64,000 nucleotides of DNA, from positions 18,561-82,560 of the forward strand of contig DEFE01000028.1 in NCBI GenBank assembly GCA_002350625.1, read 5' to 3'. This DNA is from Lachnospiraceae bacterium UBA2860. GTDB lineage: Bacteria > Bacillota > Clostridia > Lachnospirales > Lachnospiraceae. The translations under genes and the position numbers were made by a program. This document shows, piece after piece, positions 7,774 through 17,569 of this stretch (within the stretch, counting starts at the first letter, position 1; each line of letters begins with the position of its first letter). The notes below the pieces were generated by a model. It searched no databases. It saw only the letters and a list, made by a program, of their open reading frames with translations, and was not told where the DNA came from.

Positions 7774-9066
7774 ATGTTAAAGAAATGTTTAGCAGGAGTG
7801 ATCGCCGGCGCAATGGTGGTCGCCATGAGCACAGCCGCGTTTGCCGACACTTCCATCACCTTGATGGCCAGCCAGGACTGGGTGAAGGATGCCGAGATGG
7901 AGCTGGGACAGAAATTTGAAGAAGAAACCGGCATTCATGTAGATTACCAGATTGTTCCCGCCGACCAGTATCAGGATCTTCTGCTCACCCGTCTGAACAG
8001 CGGCGAAGGCCCGGATATCTTCGGAACACAGTCCGGCTTTGCCATTGATACAACTTATAATGTAAAAGAAAATGCCGTCGACCTGAGCGGTGAAGCATGG
8101 GAGGATGCCTACAGCGTTTTCTCCAAGGAACAGACCTCTGTCGACGGAGTGAACTATGGCCTCACCTATTTTGACACCACTACAGACTATTACATCATCT
8201 ATAACAAGAAACTGTTTGAAGCGGCCGGCATCACGGAAGTGCCCACGACCTTCGAAGCGTTTGAGGCTGCCTGCGATGCACTTTTAGAGAGCGGCGTCAC
8301 ACCGATCTATGAGCCGGTTGCCGACGGATGGCATCAGACAATGCTCTGGACGGGCAATGCACAGGTGCTCGACAAGCTTGATCCCGGCATCATCGAAAAG
8401 CTGAACAACAATGAAGCGACTTTCGCCGGGAACGAGAATATGAAGACCATGCTCGATCAGCTGAATGATCTGGCCCAGAAGGGTTATTTCGGCGACAACT
8501 ACATGAGCGATGAGTTCGCAAGTGCAGAAGGCTACATGGCCTCCGGTGAGTTTGCGATGTGCGAGCTGAAGCCCGGCGCCATTGCCAGCATTGTGGCAAG
8601 CGACATGAACACAGAAGGCTATACGGAAGATGATTTCGGCATGTTCCTTCTTCCCCTGCTCGACAACCAGTATCTGAACGTACATCCCTGCGGACCGTCC
8701 CGCTTCATCTACTCCGGCAGCAAGAACATCGACGCCGCCAAGCAGTATCTGGCATACATCGTTTCTCCGGAAAGCGTCCAGTATCTGATCGACAACGAGC
8801 CCACCATCGAGAATCTGCCCATCGATGTAGGCCAGACACCGGCTTACAGCGAGACCACAAAGGCGTTCCTGGACAGCTTTGACGATGAGCACTCCGGCAT
8901 GGTGCTGCAGGATGTTGTCACATATTTCAATGAGCAGTGGATGGATATCTCCGCCAATATTGCAGCCATGTTCATCGGCGACATGACTTCGGAAGAAGTG
9001 CTTCAGGCGATTGATGAAGGCAGAGCACAGCTCGCGGCCGCTGCCGGCGACGAGGCCTGGCAGTAA
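7774..9066 (+). CDS. ABC transporter extracellular solute-binding protein (family 1, carbohydrate type)
   Basis: RBS AAAGGAGGAA. N-terminal signal peptide MLKKCLAGVIAGAMVVAMSTAAFA. MalE/UgpB-like composition. Genomic context is sugar permeases and a YesMN-type two-component system. Confidence 0.9.
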   Translation: MLKKCLAGVIAGAMVVAMSTAAFADTSITLMASQDWVKDAEMELGQKFEEETGIHVDYQIVPADQYQDLLLTRLNSGEGPDIFGTQSGFAIDTTYNVKENAVDLSGEAWEDAYSVFSKEQTSVDGVNYGLTYFDTTTDYYIIYNKKLFEAAGITEVPTTFEAFEAACDALLESGVTPIYEPVADGWHQTMLWTGNAQVLDKLDPGIIEKLNNNEATFAGNENMKTMLDQLNDLAQKGYFGDNYMSDEFASAEGYMASGEFAMCELKPGAIASIVASDMNTEGYTEDDFGMFLLPLLDNQYLNVHPCGPSRFIYSGSKNIDAAKQYLAYIVSPESVQYLIDNEPTIENLPIDVGQTPAYSETTKAFLDSFDDEHSGMVLQDVVTYFNEQWMDISANIAAMFIGDMTSEEVLQAIDEGRAQLAAAAGDEAWQ

Positions 9067-9098
9067 AGATAATACAGACGTTTAAAAAAGCATTCTAA

Positions 9099-9120
9099 AG
9101 GGGGCGCTTTGGCGCCCCCT
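9099..9120. terminator. Bidirectional hairpin between convergent genes
   Basis: AGGGGGCGC-TTTG-GCGCCCCCT, flanked by an A-run upstream and a T/C-rich stretch downstream. Confidence 0.65.
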
Positions 9121-9127
9121 CCTTCTG

Positions 9128-9892
9128 TTAATCCTTTTTTCCTTTTTTGCGAAAGGAGGATGGATTCTCTCCCGTTACTTTACGAAACGTTTTACTGAAA
9201 TGGAACTGATCGGGATACCCCACCCGCTCGCCTACGACGGAAATGGGAAGGCTGCTGTCCAGAAGCAGCCGTTTGGCCTCCCGGATCCTGACGCCCGTAA
9301 GGTATTTGAGAGGTGATTCCCCTGCGTACCTGCCGAACAGGCGCGTCAGATACGCAGAATGAAAGCCCATCTCGGAGGCCAGCTCCCCGAAGTCGATGTT
9401 CTGCATATAATGCTCCTCGATATAGCGGATGGCCTGACGGACATATTCCTCCCCGGACAAGGCGCTTCTGTTGTCTTCGGGCAGTTCATAAAACTCTTCA
9501 AGGGCTGTGCGCGCGCGGTTCAGCAGGTCGTCCATCGCTTCCTCGCTGACCGGTTTCAAAAGATAATCAAACGCGCCGTAATGAACCGCTGTCCGGGCGT
9601 ATTCAAACTCGGCATAGCCGGTCAGAATGACGGTGAGTATGTGCGGGTATTTTGTGTGAATGATTTTTGTCAGCTCCAGCCCGTCCATCACCGGCATCCG
9701 GATGTCGGTAATCACAAGCTGAACGTCATGATTCTCAAGGGCTTTCAGCGCGTCTGTGCCGTTTTCTGCCTCCGCAATCACCTTGAAGTCTTCATTTTCA
9801 AGGTTTTTAATGCGTCTGAGCAGAGACTGGCGCACATAGTATTCGTCATCCACAAGCAGGATCTGATAGTATTGCAGCTGCTTTTTACTCAT
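9128..9892 (-). CDS. Response regulator with receiver plus AraC-type HTH domains (YesN-like)
   Basis: MSKKQLQYYQILLVDDEYY... receiver (DD pair, D in ITDIRMP, K in LLKP). The C-terminus has AraC-family signatures (YLTRLFGRYAGESPLKYLTGVRIREAKRLL). The start overlaps the kinase stop by 8 nt. Confidence 0.9.
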   Translation of the reverse strand: MSKKQLQYYQILLVDDEYYVRQSLLRRIKNLENEDFKVIAEAENGTDALKALENHDVQLVITDIRMPVMDGLELTKIIHTKYPHILTVILTGYAEFEYARTAVHYGAFDYLLKPVSEEAMDDLLNRARTALEEFYELPEDNRSALSGEEYVRQAIRYIEEHYMQNIDFGELASEMGFHSAYLTRLFGRYAGESPLKYLTGVRIREAKRLLLDSSLPISVVGERVGYPDQFHFSKTFRKVTGENPSSFRKKGKKD

Positions 9893-11645
9893 CTGATTTC
9901 TCCGGTTCCGATTGATGAAGTGATCCGCCGATCGTGACAAAAGCGCCTCCTTCCGGGCGATTCCCGAAATCAAAGATGAAGGGAATTCCGTCGAGCAGAT
10001 AGAGACGTATAAAAATGTTCAAAAGGCCCATGCCCTGGATCTTGAGACTGGGAAGAATCCCGTCCTTAAGGATCTCGCGCATCTGCGCGCGGAGCCTTTG
10101 ATCCACCTCAGGATCAAATCCGGGGCCGTTGTCCGAGACAGTCACATACCATTTCTCCTCCTCTTCGACGCATGAGATGTCGACATGCCAGGGAGGCGCA
10201 AGCGTGGTGACGGACCGCACGGCATTTTCCACAAGAAGCTGGATACACAGCTTCGGCACCCTGCACTCAAGTATATCATCGTCGGCAGAGATCGTCCAAG
10301 TCAGGTGATCCCGGTAGCGCATCTTGAGGCATTTCAGGTACATGTCACAGATCTCCAGCTCTTCCTCCAGACTGGACCGCTGCTCCCGGTTGGAGGAAAT
10401 ATAGCGCATGATGTCCGTGATCATGTCGCACATCCGGGCCACGGGCTCCGTCATTCCCTCCTGCGCCATCTCCTCAATCGTGGAGAGCGAGTTATAGAGA
10501 AAATGCGGATTCATCTGGGACTGCAGCGAAAGCATCTGGGCCTGCACTTCCTGCTCCTTCAGAATCATCAGGTTGTCCGTGGAATTCTTGATGGAATGAA
10601 TGCTCTCATTGATGGAATCATGCAGCTTGTCAATTTCCCGGATATTGGTGTACTCCATATCGAGGAGGCTGAACCTGTCTTCATGATCTGACGACAGAAA
10701 ATGATAAATGTGCCGGATCGGAGAACTGATCCGTCTGGACAAAAGCACCGAGAGGACCAGAATAATGGCGAACATGATAAGGATGACCGGGAGGATGCGG
10801 AGCAGGAAGCTGTAGACCTGCCGCAGATAGACGCTCCGCTCGGCAGAGACCGTAACGAGCAGCTCCATCTTTGCGGAGCGGGCGGCGCAGACGATTGTAT
10901 CTTTTCCGCTGTCTGCGATCTGCTGCGCCTCATCGTCCTGCACCAGATCATAATAGCCGGCAGGCGCATCCTCTTCCCCGAGAGGGAACAGGCAGCTTCC
11001 CTCTTTACTGTAGATACGGATAGAAACCGGGTAGGAAATGCCGGGATCCTCTGCCAGGTAAAACACGGTGTCAAAATTCTTTTTAACCTCCGCATACCCC
11101 ATCGGGACATTGATGCTGTTAAAGAACAGCCGGCTGAGAGAAATATAGCTTCCGGAAACACTCACAACAGGGAGCCCGCGGGCTTCCCCGGCTTTCTCGA
11201 ACCAGGCCTGCTCCTGTGCTTTTTGCCGGAGATTATCAAACTCCTCCCCCACGCCGAAGCCTTCTCCGGAGAGCGTGTACACATTCAGCTGACGGATGGA
11301 AAAGTCAAAGCCCTTGGCGGTCGTAAGGGCCGTGGCGAGATGCAGGTTCTGCCGGTATCGCTCATACGCGGAAATGTCCTCGGAAAAGTACTGTTCAAAG
11401 GCATCCTTCAGATCCCGCGAGCTGATGGCGTTGAGAGATACCTGGTTCATCTGGTTGAGATGCTGATCCACACTGTCCGCGGCGGATACGGCGGTTCTGA
11501 GCAGTGTCCGGATCGTATCATCCCGGGAGGAGGTGTATTGCATGCGGCACATCACGGCGGTCATCAGGGCGAGGAGGATCAGCGAAACAGCAATAAAATA
11601 TGAGGTTAGAAGGGTCTGAATGCTTTTTTGCTTTGAACGTATCAT
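9885..11645 (-). CDS. Sensor histidine kinase, YesM-like (2 TM, extracytoplasmic domain, His_kinase/HATPase)
   Basis: ATG at 11645 with a GGAG RBS. H-box region MNPHFLYNSL, N-box LLVENAVRS, G-box DNGPGF. Confidence 0.9.
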   Translation of the reverse strand: MIRSKQKSIQTLLTSYFIAVSLILLALMTAVMCRMQYTSSRDDTIRTLLRTAVSAADSVDQHLNQMNQVSLNAISSRDLKDAFEQYFSEDISAYERYRQNLHLATALTTAKGFDFSIRQLNVYTLSGEGFGVGEEFDNLRQKAQEQAWFEKAGEARGLPVVSVSGSYISLSRLFFNSINVPMGYAEVKKNFDTVFYLAEDPGISYPVSIRIYSKEGSCLFPLGEEDAPAGYYDLVQDDEAQQIADSGKDTIVCAARSAKMELLVTVSAERSVYLRQVYSFLLRILPVILIMFAIILVLSVLLSRRISSPIRHIYHFLSSDHEDRFSLLDMEYTNIREIDKLHDSINESIHSIKNSTDNLMILKEQEVQAQMLSLQSQMNPHFLYNSLSTIEEMAQEGMTEPVARMCDMITDIMRYISSNREQRSSLEEELEICDMYLKCLKMRYRDHLTWTISADDDILECRVPKLCIQLLVENAVRSVTTLAPPWHVDISCVEEEEKWYVTVSDNGPGFDPEVDQRLRAQMREILKDGILPSLKIQGMGLLNIFIRLYLLDGIPFIFDFGNRPEGGAFVTIGGSLHQSEPEKSDE

Positions 11646-11856
11646 AGTCGCTCCTGTGTTTTCTCCCCGGACCCGGAGACGGATCCTTGCCGTCATGAGC
11701 GCGCAGCAAAGCGGAAAATGCATATCCGCGCTGCCATCATATCATAGAGAGAAATTAAAAGTCAAAAATCTACATAAACCGGGCAAATGCTTGCATGGTC
11801 TTATGCCGGCAGACTTTTTATAATAAATAAAACACTGCGGGAAGGATGGATACGGT

Positions 11857-12732
11857 ATGAACAAAGCAAAAACATATCCCTGGTATTTTGCCGCCGGCGC
11901 GATCCTGATCTATACATTGTTCAGCGTGGTTCCGGGCCTGATCGGTATCGGGTATTCCTTTACGGACTGGTCCGCTTATACCAAGGAGCTGCATTTTGTG
12001 GGACTTGATAACTTCATCTCGGTCTTCAGCGGCAAAGGGGATTACCTGCATTACATCACCAACACGCTGCTCTTTACGCTTGTGACGACGGTGTGCAAGA
12101 CCGTGCTCGGTCTTCTCTTCGCCGTGGCTCTGAGCGAGGGCATCAAGTTTAAGAATTTTCACCGCGGCGTCATGTACCTGCCGTCCGTTCTTCCGATTCT
12201 GGTCACGGGTCTGACTTTTACTTCGATCCTTAACCCGAAAATCGGCTTTTTAAACACCTTTCTCCGGGCGATCGGACTGGATGGTCTGGCACAGAGATGG
12301 CTGGTTGACCCCAAAATCGCGTTCGGATCCGTCATGGCCGTCGATATCTGGAGAGGCGTCGGTTACATTATGACCATGCTGATCGTCGGAATTCTGGCCA
12401 TCCCCCGGGTCTATTATGAAGCAGTGGCCGTAGACGGCGCCAACGCCTGGCAGCGGTTCCGCTATGTGACGCTTCCCATGCTCCGGCAGACACTGGCCGT
12501 CACGATCGTCCTGAACGTCATCTACGGACTGAAGGTCTTCGACATGGTCTATGCCCTGACCAACGGCGGGCCCGGCCACCGCACGGAAGTGATGTATACC
12601 GCTGTGTTCAAGATGATGTCCAAAGGGCTGTATGCAGAAGGAACCACCATCAGTTCCATCATGTTCATCTTCATGGCTTTCGCCGGCTTCTTCATGGTCA
12701 AAATACTTACGAAAAACGAGGTGGTCGAATAA
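11857..12732 (+). CDS. Carbohydrate ABC transporter permease (MalF/UgpA-like)
   Basis: 291 aa, 6 TM. EAA-loop region EAVAVDGANAWQRFRYVTLPML. Confidence 0.9.
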   Translation: MNKAKTYPWYFAAGAILIYTLFSVVPGLIGIGYSFTDWSAYTKELHFVGLDNFISVFSGKGDYLHYITNTLLFTLVTTVCKTVLGLLFAVALSEGIKFKNFHRGVMYLPSVLPILVTGLTFTSILNPKIGFLNTFLRAIGLDGLAQRWLVDPKIAFGSVMAVDIWRGVGYIMTMLIVGILAIPRVYYEAVAVDGANAWQRFRYVTLPMLRQTLAVTIVLNVIYGLKVFDMVYALTNGGPGHRTEVMYTAVFKMMSKGLYAEGTTISSIMFIFMAFAGFFMVKILTKNEVVE

Positions 12733-13565
12733 TGGGATCCCGAAGCAGAAATAAACTGATTGTTTCCATCCTGAAAAATCTGCTGGCCTGGTCTGCGGCT
12801 TTGATGATCCTTGTTCCCGTGGCGCTGATCATCCTGACGGCTTTTAAGGGCAGCAGCGAATCTCTCACGATGTCGCTGGGGCTTCCGAAAGAGTGGAACT
12901 GGTCGAACTTTGCCACGGTCATCGAAAAGGGGAAACTCGTGAGAAGCTTCCTGAACAGCCTTCTGTACGCGGGCTGCTCCACACTGCTTACGGTCTTTCT
13001 CGCAAGCATGGCCGCGTATGTCTTTTCCAGAAGAAGGTCCAAAGGCATGGGAGCCATCTACATGTACATCGTCCTCGGCATGGTGATCCCTGTCAACTAT
13101 GTGACCCTCACCAAAATCATGCAGGTCACAAGACTTAACAATACCTGGTACGGCATCATCCTTCTGTACACAGCCATGCAGCTCCCGTTCTCGGTATTCC
13201 TGATCTACGGTTTCGTCTCCAAGATTCCCACCGAGCTCGACGAAGCGGCGATCCTGGACGGCTGCTCCCCGATCCAGCTGTATCTCAGGGTGATCTTCCC
13301 CATGCTGAAGTCCGCGGTGATCACGTCCGGCGTCCTGTGCTTCCTCAATACCTGGAATGAGTTCATCATGCCCTTGTATTTCCTGCATTCTTCAGAAAAA
13401 TGGCCCATGACGCTTGCCGTGTACAACTTCTTCGGACAATATGAAATGAGCTGGAATCTCATCTGCGCAGACGTCATCCTGACCTGTCTGCCGGTCGTGG
13501 TTCTTTATATCGCGTGTCAGAAATACATCGTCGGCGGCCAGACCGAGGGCGCCGTGAAAGGATAA
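12732..13565 (+). CDS. Carbohydrate ABC transporter permease (MalG/UgpE-like)
   Basis: 277 aa. EAA loop DEAAILDGCSPIQLYLRVIFPML. The start overlaps the upstream stop. Confidence 0.9.
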   Translation: MGSRSRNKLIVSILKNLLAWSAALMILVPVALIILTAFKGSSESLTMSLGLPKEWNWSNFATVIEKGKLVRSFLNSLLYAGCSTLLTVFLASMAAYVFSRRRSKGMGAIYMYIVLGMVIPVNYVTLTKIMQVTRLNNTWYGIILLYTAMQLPFSVFLIYGFVSKIPTELDEAAILDGCSPIQLYLRVIFPMLKSAVITSGVLCFLNTWNEFIMPLYFLHSSEKWPMTLAVYNFFGQYEMSWNLICADVILTCLPVVVLYIACQKYIVGGQTEGAVKG

Positions 13566-16033
13566 TGACGATGAGAATCTCAGGATGGACCGTGTCTCCC
13601 TCAAACACGTCCGCAGCCTTATACTGCAGCGAAGGAACCCTTTATATTTTCGGCATCACCGCGGATATTCTTCGCTGTGTCTATACAAAAAAAGATTCGG
13701 CACAGGACGCTTCCCCGCTCGGCCTTCACAGGAAGGCCGGGCAGAGGCTTGTTCTCAGCGATCATCCGGAGGACAACACGCTTCAGATCTGTACGCCCGG
13801 CGTCAAGCTGTCGGTCGATAAAGCAACCGGCCGTTTCACCTGGTATCGGATTGACCGGGAAAGCAAAAAGGAATGCCTTCTTCTGCGGGAAGGAGACAAG
13901 GAGCTGACGGAAAAAACGCTCCGGATCTGGAGCACCGAGGGGGAGGCACCGGTCATTCGCCGGGAGCACACCGTAGACGGCGACAGGAATTTCATAGAGA
14001 ATCTGCGGCCCGGGGACGGACCGGCCGCCTATTCGGCAAAGCTTCGCTTTTTCTGGCAGGAGGATGAGGCAATCCACGGTCTCGGACAGGGAGAAGACGG
14101 GATCTATAATTACCGCGATCATGTCCAATATCTGTATCAGCACAATATGCGGATCCCCATGCCCTGGCTTCTGTCTGACAAAGGCTATGCCATATTGGCG
14201 GACTGCGGCAGCCTGATGGTTTTCCGCGATGACGGAGAAGAGGCCTGCCTCGAGCTAAATGCCGCTCAGCAGCTGGACTATTATTTCCTGTCCGGCAGTC
14301 ATGCGGAGGACCTCATCCGCGGATGCCGGTTTCTCACGGGAAAAGCGGAAATGCTTCCCAAATGGGCTTTCGGCTATATCCAATCGAAAGAAAGGTATGT
14401 CACGCAAGCGGAGCTGGTCGAGACCGCCCGGCAATATCGTCTCCGCGGCATCGGTCTGGATTGCGTGGTACAGGACTGGAAAACATGGCAAGGCGAGCGC
14501 TGGGGAGAAAAGCAGCTGGATCCTGCCCGCTTCCCGGACCGCTCGGACATGCGCCGGAAGCTGCATGAGATGCATGTCCACTCCATGGTGTCCGTTTGGC
14601 CGAACATGAACTGGGAGACAAAGGACTGTCAGGAAATGCAGGCAAACGGCTATCTCCTGAACGATCTTTCCACATATGACGCCTTTGACAGCGGCGCGAG
14701 AAAGCTCTACTTTAAGCAGGCGGAAGAAGGTCTGTACCGGGATGGCTTTGACGCCTTCTGGTGCGACAGCACGGAGCCTTTTTCCGGCCCGGACTGGGGC
14801 GGTGAAGAAAAGAGAGACCCCGCGGACAGATTCAGGATCGTCGGAGAGGAGCACAATAAATACCTCGGAGAAGAAAGAGCGAATCTGTATGCGCTTTATC
14901 ACGCCCGGGGCATCTGCGAGAATCAGACGGCAGCCGATCCGGAGCACCGGGTGCTGAACCTGACCAGATCCGGCTATCCCGGCATTCAGCAATACGGGGC
15001 AGTCCTGTGGTCGGGAGACGTCACGGCCACCTGGCAGACGCTTCGAAAGCAGCTGACGGAGAGCCTGAATATGGCTCTTTCCGCATATCCGTACTGGACC
15101 TTCGACGCCGGCGGCTTCTTCGTGGTGAACAAAAACTGGCAGGGACGAGGCTGCGGATGCAGCGGAGATCCCACGCCCAAGTGGTTCTGGAAAGGAGATT
15201 TTGAAGACGGCGTACGGGACCCGGGGTACCGGGAGCTCTATGTCCGGTGGCTGCAGATGGCGGTCTTTCTTCCCGTCATGCGCTCTCACGGAACGGATAC
15301 GCCCCGAGAAATCTGGCATTTCGGAGAACCGGGAACGAAGTACTATGATGCCATCGCAGCCGCCATTTCCCTGCGGTACCGATTGATGCCCTATCTGTAC
15401 TCTCTGGCCGGCAGCGTCTATCTGGAGGATGGCGTGATGGAGCGGCCGCTTCTGATGGATTTTCCGGGGGATGCACGCGCATCTTCCATGAGCAGTGAGT
15501 TCATGCTGGGGAAGAGCCTCCTGGTCTGCCCGGTCATGAGGCCGATGGAATACGGCCCCTGCGGTCAGAAGCTTGACGGCAGTCATCGCTTTAAATGTTA
15601 TCTTCCCTCCGGAAGCGACTGGATTCCCGCGGCGGATGAAGACGGAACCGTTCTTGCGGGAGGTCAGGAGGTCGAGATGGAAGCCGGCCTTCAGACAATT
15701 CCGTATTTTGTGAAGGCAGGCAGCATCGTTCCCATGGAAGAGGCCCTGACGTACGCGCAGGAAGCAGCGGATACGCCGCTTCTGATCAACATCTTCCCGG
15801 GCAGAGACGCATCCTTTGCCTATTACGAAGATGACGGCGACGGATATGCTTATCGGGACGGCAGATACAACCGCATTGAGATGAAATGGAACGACGCGGA
15901 AAGGCTGTTTGCGATCGGAAGCGCCGCCTGCCATTTTCCCGGCGGCATCACAGGCCGCAGGTGCCGCCTGCTCTGTGCCGGGCAGACGAAGGAGTTTATC
16001 TACACAGGAAAAGAAATGAGCATTTCTTTTTAG
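13565..16033 (+). CDS. Glycoside hydrolase family 31 alpha-glycosidase (alpha-xylosidase/alpha-glucosidase-like)
   Basis: ATG at 13565 overlaps the permease stop (TAATG). GH31-type nucleophile region GFDAFWCDSTEP and acid/base region AVLWSGDVTATW. The ORF-track start at 13514 lies inside the permease gene. Confidence 0.85.
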   Translation: MTMRISGWTVSPSNTSAALYCSEGTLYIFGITADILRCVYTKKDSAQDASPLGLHRKAGQRLVLSDHPEDNTLQICTPGVKLSVDKATGRFTWYRIDRESKKECLLLREGDKELTEKTLRIWSTEGEAPVIRREHTVDGDRNFIENLRPGDGPAAYSAKLRFFWQEDEAIHGLGQGEDGIYNYRDHVQYLYQHNMRIPMPWLLSDKGYAILADCGSLMVFRDDGEEACLELNAAQQLDYYFLSGSHAEDLIRGCRFLTGKAEMLPKWAFGYIQSKERYVTQAELVETARQYRLRGIGLDCVVQDWKTWQGERWGEKQLDPARFPDRSDMRRKLHEMHVHSMVSVWPNMNWETKDCQEMQANGYLLNDLSTYDAFDSGARKLYFKQAEEGLYRDGFDAFWCDSTEPFSGPDWGGEEKRDPADRFRIVGEEHNKYLGEERANLYALYHARGICENQTAADPEHRVLNLTRSGYPGIQQYGAVLWSGDVTATWQTLRKQLTESLNMALSAYPYWTFDAGGFFVVNKNWQGRGCGCSGDPTPKWFWKGDFEDGVRDPGYRELYVRWLQMAVFLPVMRSHGTDTPREIWHFGEPGTKYYDAIAAAISLRYRLMPYLYSLAGSVYLEDGVMERPLLMDFPGDARASSMSSEFMLGKSLLVCPVMRPMEYGPCGQKLDGSHRFKCYLPSGSDWIPAADEDGTVLAGGQEVEMEAGLQTIPYFVKAGSIVPMEEALTYAQEAADTPLLINIFPGRDASFAYYEDDGDGYAYRDGRYNRIEMKWNDAERLFAIGSAACHFPGGITGRRCRLLCAGQTKEFIYTGKEMSISF

Positions 16034-16037
16034 CGTT

Positions 16038-17186
16038 ATGAAACCATCCGGAGAAAAAACAAACATCTATTTAAACAATGCCGCCACCTCCTACCCGAAG
16101 CCTCCCTGTGTTCTCGAGGCGGCCCTGGAAACCCTGCGGGATCTTCCGCCGGGCCAGTTTCGGGACGGCGCGCACGGCGCCGATGCCGATCTGTTCACAA
16201 AATGCCGGCTGCTGCTGGGGCAGCTGCTCGGGATTAAGGATACCGAAAGGATCTATTTCTCCTCCGGCGCCACGGACAGCCTGAACCAGCTTCTCCTCGG
16301 CCTCGGCATTCCGGCGGAGCAGATCATTACGACGGTAACGGAACACAACAGTGTCCTCCGTCCCCTGCACAACCTGCCGGGGATCGCGGGAGAACCGGTT
16401 CTGCTGCCCTGTGATGAAAACGGCCGGGTTTCTCCGGAGCTGCTCGAAAGGGAGGCCTCCCGCGGAAAGGCGCGGGCTTTCCTCTTAAATCACTGCTCGA
16501 ATGTGACTGGAACGATCCAGGATGCGGCGTCCTTCGGGCAGATCGCGAAACGGTACGGGCTGCTCTTTATTCTGGACCTTTCGCAGAGTGCCGGATGCAT
16601 GGAGGTGCTGTCCGATGTGTGGATGGCGGATGCCGTGGCATTTACGGGACATAAAAGCCTTTTGGGCCTGCAGGGAACGGGAGGCTATTATATTCGTGAG
16701 GGTGTTCCCTACCATCCGTTTCGTTACGGGGGAACCGGAAGAGAGTCAGAAAAGCTCGCCTGCAAAGCAGATGATCCGCCTGAGGACGCCGGCACCCAGA
16801 ACGCGTGCGGGATCTCCGCCCTTTCGGCAGCTGCGGCATGGATTCTGGAGACAGGCGTCGGGCGGATCCGGGAAAAGGAGCTGCAGCTTGTCCGGGCAGC
16901 CCGGGACATGCTGTCAGGGATCCCCGGCATCAGGCTGTGCGGAGGCGGGTCAACGGACACCGGACCTGTGGTAAGCTTTATTCCCGAAACACTGGATCCG
17001 TCGGATCTCGGCTATATTCTGAGCAGCGGATACGGGATCATAACCCGGACCGGGCTGCACTGCTCTCCCCTGATCCATCCGCATATCGGCAGCAGCAGAA
17101 AAGGCACGGTGCGGATCAGCTTTTCGCCGTTCAACACGCCGAAGGATATATCGGCCCTGGAGAGCGCGCTAAAGGAGATACTGTGA
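16038..17186 (+). CDS. Class-V aminotransferase-fold PLP enzyme (cysteine desulfurase/selenocysteine lyase-like family)
   Basis: 382 aa. NNAATSYPKP N-terminus, candidate PLP-lysine region AFTGHKSLLGLQGTGG, C-terminal TRTGLHCSP. Starts 4 nt after the GH31 stop. Confidence 0.8.
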   Translation: MKPSGEKTNIYLNNAATSYPKPPCVLEAALETLRDLPPGQFRDGAHGADADLFTKCRLLLGQLLGIKDTERIYFSSGATDSLNQLLLGLGIPAEQIITTVTEHNSVLRPLHNLPGIAGEPVLLPCDENGRVSPELLEREASRGKARAFLLNHCSNVTGTIQDAASFGQIAKRYGLLFILDLSQSAGCMEVLSDVWMADAVAFTGHKSLLGLQGTGGYYIREGVPYHPFRYGGTGRESEKLACKADDPPEDAGTQNACGISALSAAAAWILETGVGRIREKELQLVRAARDMLSGIPGIRLCGGGSTDTGPVVSFIPETLDPSDLGYILSSGYGIITRTGLHCSPLIHPHIGSSRKGTVRISFSPFNTPKDISALESALKEIL

Positions 17187-17569
17187 ATATCATTGATAAG
17201 AGAAAGTCACTGGAGCCGTGCACGGAAAGCGGGTGGGACGCCGCAGATCTGCTGCTTGAGGCAGGCCTGACAGAAGAAGATATCCTCTCGATCAGCAGGA
17301 TCGGCGGATCCTTTTTGTTCCTGAAGAACCTTAAGAAGCCGTTTTTCAAAGTCGAATCTCATGATTATGTGATCAAAGGCGTTCTGGGAGATCCTTTTTT
17401 TCGGGCAGCTGCCTATAGCGGAAAAATGGAAGAGCTCCTGCGTTTATTATCGTCTTTATCATCTGAAATCCCGGCTCATAAAGACCCGGGAGTTCGGCTG
17501 TTTAAGAAACCGCAAACGATCATCATTGAAGGAAAGGAATGCGAAGATGAAGAAAAAAGCCATGGATGA
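17183..17569 (+). CDS. Hypothetical protein, 128 aa
   Basis: GTG at 17183 overlaps the upstream stop (GTGA). The frame is open to 17569 with coding-like composition. No recognisable motif. Confidence 0.45.
   Translation: MNIIDKRKSLEPCTESGWDAADLLLEAGLTEEDILSISRIGGSFLFLKNLKKPFFKVESHDYVIKGVLGDPFFRAAAYSGKMEELLRLLSSLSSEIPAHKDPGVRLFKKPQTIIIEGKECEDEEKSHG

Noticed and set aside
13565-16033. GH31 enzyme as a sulfoquinovosidase, which would have explained the sulfur-enzyme-like neighbour
   Set aside because: In YihQ-type enzymes, the region that carries the sulfonate-binding Arg-x-x-Trp reads KRVMWNW in E. coli YihQ, as I recall it. Here it reads QDWKTWQGERWGEKQLD, which looks like the alpha-xylosidase/alpha-glucosidase type. 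No sulfo-sugar pathway genes are present. This was not verifiable without an alignment.
14255-16066. 603-aa ORF on the minus strand
   Set aside because: It lies entirely antisense to the well-supported GH31 gene. Its composition is Arg/Ala/Gly/Pro-rich, typical of shadow ORFs in high-GC DNA. It has no RBS and no recognisable motif.
16038-17186. Class-V PLP enzyme as a housekeeping NifS/IscS/SufS Fe-S cluster desulfurase
   Set aside because: No IscU/NifU/SufE/SufBCD or tRNA-thiolation genes are adjacent. The gene is translationally packed inside a carbohydrate operon, so I report it as context-anomalous rather than assigning the housekeeping role.
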